64,000 nucleotides of DNA from a virus. Below are positions 29,881-39,241 of this stretch, piece by piece; the stretch's first letter is position 1; the number at the start of each line of letters is the position of its first letter. A program made the position numbers and the translations under genes. The notes beneath the pieces are model-generated. The model had not been told where the DNA came from. It saw nothing but the letters and a program-made list of their open reading frames with translations, and did no database searches. The stretch spans positions 1-64,000 of IMG/VR virus record IMGVR_UViG_3300020582_000006; one strand, written 5' to 3'.

Positions 29881-30137
29881 AGCGGTTCTCCCGCGATGGT
29901 TTCTCTCATCACCCCGGCGAAGGTAAACCGGCAAAGATAGATTTTCTTGCCGAACCGCTCGGCCTGCAGAGCCATCTGACTCTGGATGTCTTCGCGGGCT
30001 ACCTTCGGCCCTGCGGAGACCAGGGCGATGAAACCGGCCGGGACCAGGCCCTGTTTGAGCCCGATCTCGCCCGATCCCAGTTCGTCTTCGCCTACCCAGG
30101 CGTAGAGTTCCACGCTTTTCAGGCGTTCCGGCGTCAT
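29877..30137 (-). CDS. Hypothetical protein
   Basis: ATGA-coupled ORF. Confidence 0.55.
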   Translation of the reverse strand: MTPERLKSVELYAWVGEDELGSGEIGLKQGLVPAGFIALVSAGPKVAREDIQSQMALQAERFGKKIYLCRFTFAGVMRETIAGEPL

Positions 30138-30311
30138 GTGGTCCTTGCCACCTTATCGAGAATCCCTGGTACAAGCGCATCGGCGCGCATGAGAAGGTCG
30201 ACGGCTTTTATAACCCTCTCGCGGCCTTCCGCGCACAAAGGCGCGAGTGCGTGCAGGATTTCGAGCTGCGCCTCAGTCTCGCGAATGGCGGCTTCGGCCT
30301 GGTCTGCCATT

Positions 30312-31517
30312 TTATGCCCCCAGTTCGCGCTGCAGGTCAATGAGAACGCTGTCGTAGCGTGCCGCCGGAACGAGGTCAACCGCTTCCCATCCGATCCCGG
30401 CCAGGACCATATCGAAGCGCATCGGAAAGCGATCCCTGAGACTCTCGCACATGGCGACAAAGGTTTGCTTCGCCGGATCGGTCTTCGGCGGATCGGTCTT
30501 CGGCGGGTCCTGTTTCGGCTCGGTTTTCGGCGGATCCGCTGGCTTCGCTTCTTCCTTCGGCGGATCGGGCTGCGTTTCCGACTTGCGCTGAGGCATGAGG
30601 ATCATGGAGCGGTGGCGATCATCGCCGTTCTCGTCCTCATCGTCGGCTGTCGCTTCCATAGCGCCCGGATTCAATTCCATGGGCAGTTCGACCGAGAAGG
30701 CCTGCCGCTTGCCACTCTCGGACATCTCATCGAGGTGCTGCGCGATCGCCATCTCATAAGAGGCCGGCGCGAGCTTCAGGACGCTTTTGAGCGGCGTCTT
30801 GCGGCACATCCAGTCGGGACTGTCCTTCCACGGGCCGGTGAGGATCTTGTTGCCGGCGCCGTCGAGCACAAACTCCTTCGCGCGTTTGTCTTTGTTGTAG
30901 CGGGTCTGGAAGGCCGACTGCGAATACTGATCGCGATGCGCATGGACCTGTTCGACGGTCCAGTATTCGAAGTTTCTGCCGCCGTCTTTGAGCAGATAAC
31001 CGGCCCAGTAGCCCTGTACCGGGCCGCGGTCGCCGGTGCGCGGCCACTCATGCTCGAGCAGGACTTCGAAGCCTTTCTTCGCCTTGAAGTGATCTTTCTC
31101 ATGAACCGGCTGCGCGTCGATCATGGCGTATTCGCCGGTGTTCAGAGCCAGCTTCACCAGGCCCTTGTAACCGACCTGCAGCTGGCATTCATAGCCGCCC
31201 TTTCTGACTGCGCCACTCGGGAGTTTGATCTCCAGCTTCGAGTTCCAGAAGGGGATGAGATAACACTGGCCTGAGAGCCCGTCCGGTTCGAGACCCATGA
31301 TGGACGCCTGCACCAGCGCCCCGGCAATCGAGTTGATGGTGCACTCTTTGAGCAGCGCAGAGCGCGAGACCGCGGTCATTCCCACGCGGATCATACGCTC
31401 GGGCGTGATGTGCTTTGGAAGCGCGGCCGCGATCTGGCCCTTGTACTTGAACAGCAGCGATTGCAGGCTGTCCACCTGCGGCGACTGAGGCGGAGGCGTC
31501 GGCTGTTGTGTTGCCAT
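30312..31517 (-). CDS. recT: RecT-family ssDNA annealing protein
   Basis: ALPKHITPERMIRV, GLEPD...CYLIPF, QVGYKGL and MCRKT motifs; DPPKT-repeat linker. Confidence 0.92.
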   Translation of the reverse strand: MATQQPTPPPQSPQVDSLQSLLFKYKGQIAAALPKHITPERMIRVGMTAVSRSALLKECTINSIAGALVQASIMGLEPDGLSGQCYLIPFWNSKLEIKLPSGAVRKGGYECQLQVGYKGLVKLALNTGEYAMIDAQPVHEKDHFKAKKGFEVLLEHEWPRTGDRGPVQGYWAGYLLKDGGRNFEYWTVEQVHAHRDQYSQSAFQTRYNKDKRAKEFVLDGAGNKILTGPWKDSPDWMCRKTPLKSVLKLAPASYEMAIAQHLDEMSESGKRQAFSVELPMELNPGAMEATADDEDENGDDRHRSMILMPQRKSETQPDPPKEEAKPADPPKTEPKQDPPKTDPPKTDPAKQTFVAMCESLRDRFPMRFDMVLAGIGWEAVDLVPAARYDSVLIDLQRELGA

Positions 31518-31523
31518 GTGTTG

Positions 31524-32423
31524 TTATCCTTTCTTGCGCTGGCTTACCGTAAAGTCGACGACGCAGCGCATACCCGGGACGTTGAATCCGATAGGTTTGA
31601 CCGAGTTCGCGTACTTCGCGATGGCTGAATAATCTATTGTCACCCATTGCGGCGACACCTTACCGTCGATAATCCCCTGCAGGAACACTTTCAACGCGGC
31701 CAGTTCGCCTTTCGGGTCGTACAACTCGCCGGTGTATTTCGGCGCGGCTGACATGCCTCTCGGCAGCACAATCGGCGGCGGCGCGGGTATCGGCGCGGGC
31801 ATCACAACCGGCTCCTGCGGGATGACGATCCGCTCCGGTTCGGGAATCGAAGCAAGGATGTGCTGTTCGGAGACGGACTCCGACTGGTCAATCAGCCGCT
31901 CAATGCGTTCGGCGTGATCGCTGAACATCTCTTCATTCACGCGATGCTCGAGGACCTGATGTTCCGCCCGCTGCTCGATCTGGCGTGAGCGTTCTTCCTG
32001 TTCGCGCCTCAGCCGGATATCGCGCTGGCGCTGTTCCTCTTTGAACTTCTCCGCTTTCAGGAAGGAATTGACCTTCTGACTCAGAATCCGGTTCTCCAGT
32101 TCGAGCGGATCCATGACATCGTGTTCCTGCTTCAGGATGAGGTTTTTGGTCTTGTTGATATTGGCCTTGATCTCCTCCCAGTTGAACAGGCGGCGCGATT
32201 CGGATTGCAGGATGCGGTTCGCGTGCAGGCGCTGGCCTGCGAGATTCAGGCTCTGTTGATCGGTGACTTCGAGCGCGATCGCCGCCATGACGCGCGGCGT
32301 CGTGTTCGGAGCCTTGCCGGGTTCGGGCGCCACGGTCGTAAGAATGACCTCTGTTGTCAGCTTATCGACGTCTATGGCCACCAGTGAATCAGGTTCAGTG
32401 TCTTGTGTCGTTTGTGTTGTCAC
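31524..32423 (-). CDS. Coiled-coil phage protein associated with RecT
   Basis: 299 aa; helical, ends VPGMRCV. Confidence 0.6.
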   Translation of the reverse strand: MTTQTTQDTEPDSLVAIDVDKLTTEVILTTVAPEPGKAPNTTPRVMAAIALEVTDQQSLNLAGQRLHANRILQSESRRLFNWEEIKANINKTKNLILKQEHDVMDPLELENRILSQKVNSFLKAEKFKEEQRQRDIRLRREQEERSRQIEQRAEHQVLEHRVNEEMFSDHAERIERLIDQSESVSEQHILASIPEPERIVIPQEPVVMPAPIPAPPPIVLPRGMSAAPKYTGELYDPKGELAALKVFLQGIIDGKVSPQWVTIDYSAIAKYANSVKPIGFNVPGMRCVVDFTVSQRKKG

Positions 32424-33073
32424 TTCGTCTCCTCGGGAAAAACTGTCTTGCGAAACCGTGCGATGGCGCGTTCGAGCGCCGCGAGGCCGCCCTCTTCTTT
32501 CGAGGCCACCAGTTCGAGCGAGGGCAGGCCGGTGTCAATCGAATGCTCGACCTCTTCCCGCGTGGCCTTGCGGCCGTTCGCGTACCATTCCACCGATTCC
32601 GGCTCACCCATCTGAATCAGATAGCCATGATTGAAGGGCTTGAATATCTCGTAATGGCGCGTGTTCCAGAGCATAGCCACGCCTGGATTGCGCGCCAGCA
32701 CGAAGCCCGGCGACTTATGCGCCAGCTTCGCGTTATTGACCAGCTCATCTTCCCGGCGCACCTGCCGGGGATTACTGAGAAACGGGCAGTTCAGGGCCGA
32801 CCACAGGGCGCAGTCATAATGCGACGGCGGCTCGGAGCTGGTGCGGTTGATCCCGCACATCGGGCCGGCGACAAAGGACTTGTGGATGCCCAGTTGCCCG
32901 CCGCAGACCCAACACAGCTTCTGTCTGAGCGCCATGACGAGCTTGTCCGGATTCATCAGCCGGAACTCAGGCTTGCCGTCCAGCCATTCGACAAACCACG
33001 GCACCGGACCGTGGACCGGATCAAACGGCAGGGCTTTCATTCGTTCGGGAAGCGTTTCCAGATTGATTGTCAT
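32420..33073 (-). CDS. Phage hypothetical protein (Cys-rich)
   Basis: PVPWFV, LCWVCG, EPPSHYDCA...CPFL. Confidence 0.7.
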   Translation of the reverse strand: MTINLETLPERMKALPFDPVHGPVPWFVEWLDGKPEFRLMNPDKLVMALRQKLCWVCGGQLGIHKSFVAGPMCGINRTSSEPPSHYDCALWSALNCPFLSNPRQVRREDELVNNAKLAHKSPGFVLARNPGVAMLWNTRHYEIFKPFNHGYLIQMGEPESVEWYANGRKATREEVEHSIDTGLPSLELVASKEEGGLAALERAIARFRKTVFPEETK

Positions 33074-33288
33074 ATCGTGATCCTGCAGAGCGGGCAGTGT
33101 TCGCCCGGTGGCGGCGGTTCTCGTCGCGGCTTCGACATTTGCTCACCATTCAGCCAGGATTTGATCCAGCCTTCAAGCACCGGCCCCATCTTGCGGCCCT
33201 CCCGCGCCAGCCGTGACTGGAATTCATTCAGCAAAACTCTTTCGATCCGGAATCCGGTTTGCTTCGAGTCGTCTCTTAGTCTGGCCAT
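33070..33288 (-). CDS. Ribbon-helix-helix-like DNA-binding protein
   Basis: TGFRIERVLLNEF...GRKMGPVLEGWI pattern. Confidence 0.5.
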   Translation of the reverse strand: MARLRDDSKQTGFRIERVLLNEFQSRLAREGRKMGPVLEGWIKSWLNGEQMSKPRREPPPPGEHCPLCRITI

Positions 33289-33300
33289 TTTAATTGTCCT

Positions 33301-33942
33301 TTAAACCATAGCCTGTTGTGCCCATATAGCCTGTTTTTTTCGGCTTTCGGTGAGCGCCCAGAGGAACGTATCGAAGTGCTTGCGGAAGGTTGAGAACGGA
33401 TACCAGTGCAGCTTGAACGTACCGTCCTTTTTCAGCTGCACAACCAGACGGCGATAGCCGTAACAGGCATAAGGGCCGACGCAGGCCTGCGCGTAACTGG
33501 CCAGCTGCGGCCCCCAGGACTCGGTTTCTTCGCCTGTCTTCCAGTCGAGGATCGTCCTGTCGGCGCCCCGGTACAAACCCTTCACGTCGAGCATGCCGAT
33601 ATAGCGGAAGCGCGGACAATAGACAATGTGCTCGATCAGTTCGGGAACAAAGCCCGACTCGATCATGAACTTGCGCCGCGCGACCAGATAAGGCTCGATC
33701 TCAGGCGCTACCGTCGCCGGATCGAGGTCATCCTCCATCTCATAGTGGATGGCGCGATGCACCGCCGTGCCGCGCTCCTGCGCATACTGCAGGACGTCTC
33801 GCGGCACGCGTGAGAAGTCCGAGATCCCGGCGTCTTCGAGCACCTGCGTGGTCGAGCGCGTTACGCTCCCGTCGACCGTGTAGATATGGCCAGCGGGCCG
33901 GAATGCGATTACCGGATTGTCGATGCGGGGATCGACCAGCAT
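33301..33942 (-). CDS. PD-(D/E)XK exonuclease (RecE/Cas4-like partner of RecT)
   Basis: HIYTVDG, STTQVL, RGTAVH, GMLD...DWKTG and QLASY motifs. Confidence 0.8.
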   Translation of the reverse strand: MLVDPRIDNPVIAFRPAGHIYTVDGSVTRSTTQVLEDAGISDFSRVPRDVLQYAQERGTAVHRAIHYEMEDDLDPATVAPEIEPYLVARRKFMIESGFVPELIEHIVYCPRFRYIGMLDVKGLYRGADRTILDWKTGEETESWGPQLASYAQACVGPYACYGYRRLVVQLKKDGTFKLHWYPFSTFRKHFDTFLWALTESRKKQAIWAQQAMV

Positions 33943-34119
33943 TTATGCGGTCTTCTTCTGTTTTCGTCTGTCGAGGAACTCGCGCAGCGCCTGGCTGACC
34001 ACGTACTCGCGGTCCATATTCCCGTTGGCCTTGCAGTAGTCTCGCAACTCATCCACCAGATCCGAAGGCAATCGGGGATGGATCCGCTCCAGAGTAAGCT
34101 CCTCTTTGTTCTTTGCCAT
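33943..34119 (-). CDS. Arc/CopG-type RHH regulator (58 aa, below the ORF-track cutoff)
   Basis: MAKNKEELTLERIHPRLPSDLVDELRDYCKANGNMDREYVVSQALREFLDRRKQKKTA; first gene left of the divergent promoter region. Confidence 0.7.
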   Translation of the reverse strand: MAKNKEELTLERIHPRLPSDLVDELRDYCKANGNMDREYVVSQALREFLDRRKQKKTA

Positions 34120-34267
34120 GCAGCCTCTATCCTATTACGCACCTGGACATCAAGGCAACACAGAAGTAAACACTATGTTATAGTTACCAACGATGTTTTT
34201 AAAGGGAGAGAAAAGCTTGAAAAATAGCCACGGACAAGGAACCGAAACTGAATGGAGTTAACGTTAA
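34120..34267. promoter_or_regulatory. Divergent promoter region
   Basis: AT-rich intergenic region between oppositely transcribed operons; extended -10 TGTTATAGT. Confidence 0.55.
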
Positions 34268-34720
34268 ATGAACAATAACGCATCCCGATTTGAGGCAATG
34301 GCCATGCAATCACTTCTGCCCGGTTTAACATTCGCGGTCGAAAGCGCGCTCGAACTGCTGAATACGACTCGCGCTGTTCTCGGGCTCGAACCTGTACTGA
34401 TCCGGAATGGCGACATTCGGGAATCCCGGCCAAGGCGCGGGCGCCCTCGCAGAGCAGCCGACGAACCCGAAGTGCAGGAGGAGTCAGAGACGGCCGAGAC
34501 TCTCGCAGTCGTCGCAGCGCCGCGCAAAGCCAGAGCAAAACGGAAACAATGGACGGCGAAGCAGCGCAGGGATATCGGTGAACGCACCCGGCAACGCTGG
34601 GCGGCGATGCGCGAAGCAGGCATCACGCCGCGCAATAACTCGCCTTCAACCGCCGAGGTCGAACGCGCCCTCAAGATCATCGAGCGAAGAAACAGGAAGT
34701 CCACAGCCAAGGCCGCTTAG
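34268..34720 (+). CDS. Basic putative DNA-binding protein
   Basis: RRGRPR AT-hook-like motif; R..I.E...QRWA motif. Confidence 0.6.
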   Translation: MNNNASRFEAMAMQSLLPGLTFAVESALELLNTTRAVLGLEPVLIRNGDIRESRPRRGRPRRAADEPEVQEESETAETLAVVAAPRKARAKRKQWTAKQRRDIGERTRQRWAAMREAGITPRNNSPSTAEVERALKIIERRNRKSTAKAA

Positions 34721-34731
34721 AAAGGAACTCT

Positions 34732-35124
34732 ATGAACCGTGTGAACATCGAACCCAAGCGACAACACGCCGTGCGTATTTCCAATCGTCAGTACGGTCAG
34801 CTTCGCGCGATCCTGAATTCACCGAACGCGACCGCGGGCATCGAGGATATTTCCGCCTTCAACCAGCTCACTCTCGGCGCGAACAAGCGCCGGGGATTCA
34901 TCGCCGAGACACGTCGCAAAAACGGCATTACTCTGACCTTTGAAGGCCGTCAGGTACTGAAAGCGTTCGATCAGGCCGACTTCATGCGCAAAGTGGCGAG
35001 CCTGAATTTTTCCTCTTATCTGAGGCTGGAGCCGCGCATGATTCACTTCGCGCCGCTTGAGCGTAAAACAGCTCAGACCGCGAGAGAGTATCAAGAGGCC
35101 CGGCGCGCGACTACTGCGGCATAG
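34732..35124 (+). CDS. Hypothetical protein (winged-helix-like)
   Basis: RRGFI...ITLTFEGRQVL; AAGGA RBS. Confidence 0.55.
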   Translation: MNRVNIEPKRQHAVRISNRQYGQLRAILNSPNATAGIEDISAFNQLTLGANKRRGFIAETRRKNGITLTFEGRQVLKAFDQADFMRKVASLNFSSYLRLEPRMIHFAPLERKTAQTAREYQEARRATTAA

Positions 35125-35130
35125 AAGCGA

Positions 35131-35508
35131 GTGAAGACCATCTTTTGTTGCGGCTGTCAGCGCGAGATCGAGGCGCGGCTGACATACGGGGCCGAGATCT
35201 ATCCCCACCGGCGCGATCTGTGGCTGCTGCCGTTCTGGAAGTGCGACGGCTGCCAGAACTATGTCGGCTGTCATCACAACTCACGCCAGCCGCACAGTCC
35301 ACTGGGTAATATTCCGACCGCGATCATGCGGGCGCTGCGCGTCGAGATCCACTCGGTGCTCGATGGCTTATGGAAGCACAAAGGGTTCCGCCGCGGCGAC
35401 GTTTACCGGCGTCTTTCGCAGCATATCGGCCGGCCCTACCATACTGGTGAGATAAGAACAGTCGAGGAAGCCCTTGCCATAAAGGGTTTCCTCGCGGACT
35501 TCAGATGA
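35131..35508 (+). CDS. Zinc-finger protein (DUF3268-like)
   Basis: EIYPHR.DL, C..C..YVGCH and PLG motifs. Confidence 0.75.
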   Translation: MKTIFCCGCQREIEARLTYGAEIYPHRRDLWLLPFWKCDGCQNYVGCHHNSRQPHSPLGNIPTAIMRALRVEIHSVLDGLWKHKGFRRGDVYRRLSQHIGRPYHTGEIRTVEEALAIKGFLADFR

Positions 35509-37891
35509 TCCTCCGTGCGCGGGATGTCGTGTTCGTCCTGGTCGCCGTGACACTCAGTCTCGCGATATGGGGGATCATCTGGCTCGCGAAACATCCCTGC
35601 ACCCGCTCGGTGACGCATCGCGTCTGGGTCGATCAAATCACGACTTACGTGGATACCGGCGGCGGGATGAGGAATGCGGACGGAGAGTTTATTCCCGGGA
35701 CGGGAATCAAGGTACCCTTCACGACACCGGCCCACTTCGAGGATCAAACTATCTGTATGGAGCGCCGCCCATGAGGAGTTACACCTACAGGCGCAAAGGA
35801 AACCGGCTCATCGACGGCGATACGCCGCCGATGCCGCCGCCCACGCTTTCTCCCGCGCAGGAGAAGGCCGAACTGCTGCGCCTCGCGCGGCTTTGTGAAG
35901 AGGGCTGGTCGACGATGACGGCGATCCCGCTCAAAGCCCCGCCGATGCCAAAGCGCAATTACCCGATCCCCGAACGCTGGCGGAGAGCTGTGTGATGCCA
36001 CCTGTAACATCGCATGTTACGCCTTTTCAGGCGATCCAGGTCCTGTTGTCATTACTCAGCCTGTTCTTTATTGTGATGGCGGCCTGTATCTCAGTCCGGG
36101 CCCTGCGCACGCTGAAAAAATTCATCAGGCTGCAGGGCCGCATCAACGATCTGACGGATGAGCGGCTGCAGATGCTCGAACGGGAGGAGTACCGGTGATA
36201 GCGGTCCGTGTGTTCCTGTCGATGACGCTGACCGTGCTCGCCGCGCTCGAGTGGTACACGGTCCTCGAGCGCGTCTCGCTCGACTGGTATGCGGACCAGC
36301 TGGTCGCTCAGGTGGAGATGGAGACGGGCCGCAAGTACCCGGCTGCCGCCAAAGCGCAGCTCTACGCCATCGTGAACAAAGCGCCGTCCTACTCGAAAGT
36401 GCTGCCGCCGGCGCTGGTCAACACCGTGACGGCCGCGGGCGCGTGGGCGCTGACATTCTGGGCGATTCGGCGCAGAGATCGCGAGGAACAGGAACAATCA
36501 AAACAAGATGACCTGCAGTTATTGCGACGAAGAGATTCTCAAACATGAGCCGGTCGGCTTCAACGGCTCGATGCATCAGGAGTGCGCCTGCCGGGCCATT
36601 ATGGGATCTGCGGCTCACCAGATGCACATATGCCACTGCTTCGGCGGCCGGGGGGAAGACCCGCCTGAATTCACGGCACGCCAGGGCGCGAAACTGGCAT
36701 GGGAGACGTTCCAGGCACTTAAGAAAAAGAGAGAACAGGCCAGCCTGAACTGAGATGAAGATCATTCACATACTCGGCACCGCATCAGGCCAGCCTCATC
36801 CCTATGACGACATGTACCTGCTGCAATACGATCCCACCGTGCGCCCGGATGGTATGATCCTGCTCGAAGTCGTCTCGGATCCGGCCTGCGCCAAACGCTT
36901 CGCCGACGCCGGCGAGGCGCTCGAAGAGTGGCGGCGTTCCAACGGCAGGCTGCGGCCGGACGGGAAGCCGGATCGCCCGCTGACTGCCTTCACCGTCGAT
37001 ATTATTGACGCGCCATGACACGCAAACGAGTGGTCCAGATCCAGCGGCTGTCTATCTGTGAATGCGGCTTTCCGCTGCTCAAAGTGGAAATCGGGATCGG
37101 CGCTGAGTACACGATCGATCTCGACAGCGTGAGCACGAACGGCTGGCACCTGAAGTGCGGCGGCTGCGGTACGGTGATCCGCGATATCACGACGGTGATG
37201 GCGTCGTCGACGCTCGATCCGAATCGTCCGCCCGCGCGCCTGCCTTACGCGATCTTTCTCGGCAGCCGCGTGGCGCCGGTCCTTACAACTCCCACCCGAC
37301 AGGACAAAACCCAATGACCGAACACGAAGTCATGATTTGCGCCCCGGCAGACGGGCTATGGACCATACCCGGCTCAGTTTTCGATAAGATCTGTGTGCGC
37401 TGCGCCGCGCCCGTCATGATGGCCCCGTCCGGCGTTCGTTACATGGAAACTCACACGGTCGAAGTGATCTGCATGATCTGCTTCGATCCGCAGGGCCGCG
37501 ACCGCAACGTCGCGAAAAAGATCCGCCTGACCGCGCCGGTCAGCGTCATCAATGGAGAACTTATGAACGTCACCCGGAACTACCGCGCGAGGACCACGAA
37601 TTGACGCCGCCGATGGGTTACTCGCGGGCATCTGAAGCCGAAGATGCCGACGTGATCCTGCGCATGTCCGAAAACGACTACATCATGCTGCTGACGTCTC
37701 TGGGTATGGCTTATGCTTCAGGCCTTCAGGAATCCCTGCCGATGATCAACCGCATCAACGCAGGCAATCCGGACTTTTCGCCGTATGAATCCTCGGAAGA
37801 CCTCGAAGCGAGAGCGGCGCAGACGGTCGCGATGCTCCGGAAACTAATGGAAGGGACGGACTCATTTCATGTGGGAATGCGCTCAGTGTAG
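35505..37891 (+). CDS. Run of about nine small coupled hypothetical genes (35505-35774, 35771-35995, 35992-36198, 36195-36548, 36508-36753, 36755-37018, 37015-37317, 37314-37604, 37601-37891)
   Basis: Overlapping start/stop coupling; several are membrane or Cys-rich proteins. Confidence 0.55.
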
Positions 37892-39065
37892 TCTGACGCG
37901 AGAGAAGCCGGTAAGCCGGCCGCCGATGGGCTGGAAACGGCGCGGCAAAGCCATCTATTGCAGGGACTGCTGGCGCAAGCTCTACGTGCTGCGGGCTGTC
38001 ACGATCCCGGTCGTGAGCCCGCTGACGCTCAAGTACAAAGCTGATGAAACGCTTCACCCCTGCGACTGGGATGAGTTCGGGAAACGCCTGCGCGAGCAAT
38101 GGGCGCTGATCACCCAGGCTTCCAACTGGATGATGACCGAGATGTACATGCGGGATGACCGGTCCCGCGACAAAGGCAAGCTGCAGCCGATGCCCGGCGT
38201 CTATCTCTATCCCGAGACGCGCAAACAGTTTCCCGGCATGGCCTCGCAGACCACCGCGGCCCTCGAGAACCAGATCGGCAAGAAATACCGGGCGAAGCGT
38301 TTCGATGTGATCTGGACCTGCCGCGCCAGCCTGCCTACCTTCCGCTACCCCACGCCTTTGCCGGTACCTCATCAGGCATGGTCAATAAGACTTGACGATA
38401 ACTGCCCGCTCGTCTCCGCGCCTATTGGAGATGCGCGTGTCGAATTTCGCCTGCGCAACGGCCATCAGTTCCGCCGGCAGCTGCTCGCCGTGAAGCAGAT
38501 CATCGCGGACGAAGCCGAACCCGGCCAGATGGATCTCTACCGCCAGGGCAAATCGGTGATGTGCAAGCTGGTCGCCTGGCTGCCGCGCCGTCCGGTCGAG
38601 ACGAAGATCGAAGGCACGCTGTTCGTACGCGCGGATGCGCAGGCGCTGCTGGTGGCTCTGAACGTCAAGGATGACCGTCTGTGGACCTACCATGGCGATC
38701 AGGCGCGTCGATGGTCAGCAGCGCACCGCCGGTTGCTCCAGCGCCTTGCAGACGACAGCAAGGCCGAACACAGGCCCACTGTGCCTTTCCACGCGCGGCG
38801 CGAGGCCGCGGCCCTCAAATATCGGGATCGCATGTCGAGCCTGACTCACCAGATCGCCGCTATGACTGTGAACTACGCCTTACGGCGGAAGTTCGCCGCC
38901 GTGCGCTATGACGACACCGCCCGGGACCTGTTCTGCCCCCACTTTCCCTGGCACATCCTGCGGCTGAAGCTCGCTGAGAAATGCGATGCGGCCGGCATCG
39001 AGTTCCATGCGGTGACACCCGGGGAACCGGAAGAAGTCTTGCACGAACCGGTAATGGAGGAGTAA
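37869..39065 (+). CDS. Nuclease-dead Cas12f/TnpB-like protein with N-terminal zinc ribbon
   Basis: Cas12f-like motif order: YPETRKQFPGMAS, SLPTFRYPTPLP, VKQIIADE, H-x-IA...VNYA, FPWHILRLKLAEKCDAAGIEF. RuvC-I GID is replaced by FVR, RuvC-II E by D (VRYDD), and the protein ends before the C-terminal CxxC and RuvC-III. Confidence 0.75.
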   Translation: MWECAQCSLTREKPVSRPPMGWKRRGKAIYCRDCWRKLYVLRAVTIPVVSPLTLKYKADETLHPCDWDEFGKRLREQWALITQASNWMMTEMYMRDDRSRDKGKLQPMPGVYLYPETRKQFPGMASQTTAALENQIGKKYRAKRFDVIWTCRASLPTFRYPTPLPVPHQAWSIRLDDNCPLVSAPIGDARVEFRLRNGHQFRRQLLAVKQIIADEAEPGQMDLYRQGKSVMCKLVAWLPRRPVETKIEGTLFVRADAQALLVALNVKDDRLWTYHGDQARRWSAAHRRLLQRLADDSKAEHRPTVPFHARREAAALKYRDRMSSLTHQIAAMTVNYALRRKFAAVRYDDTARDLFCPHFPWHILRLKLAEKCDAAGIEFHAVTPGEPEEVLHEPVMEE

Positions 39066-39225
39066 ACTTTTGGTTTCCGCGCCACCGACAGGCGCAGGCC
39101 GCTTATTCGCTGGAAACGCTTGCCGATCCAGTCGACGCGGCAAAGCTGCTGTTAAGGGTTCCTGATATGGGCGCAAGCCGCAGCCGGGAAAACGATCATT
39201 GAAAGCAGAATCGACCGATTCGGTA
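39066..39225 (+). ncRNA. Putative guide-RNA scaffold (omega/tracr-like) with a single CRISPR-like repeat and guide
   Basis: Hairpins 39079-39095 and 39120-39143; 37-nt GGGCGCAAGCCGCAGCCGGGAAAACGATCATTGAAAG at 39169-39205; putative guide CAGAATCGACCGATTCGGTA. Confidence 0.55.
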
Positions 39226-39241
39226 CAAGACACCGGGTAGC

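Noticed and set aside
30138-31274. Long antisense ORFs (also 10189-11058, 23195-24490, 48425-49465, 56565-57716)
   Set aside because: Shadow frames of well-supported genes on the opposite strand, expected in GC-rich DNA.
37869-39065. Active IS200/IS605 or IS607 element
   Set aside because: No tnpA, the catalytic residues are lost, and the gene overlaps the preceding gene of a phage operon.
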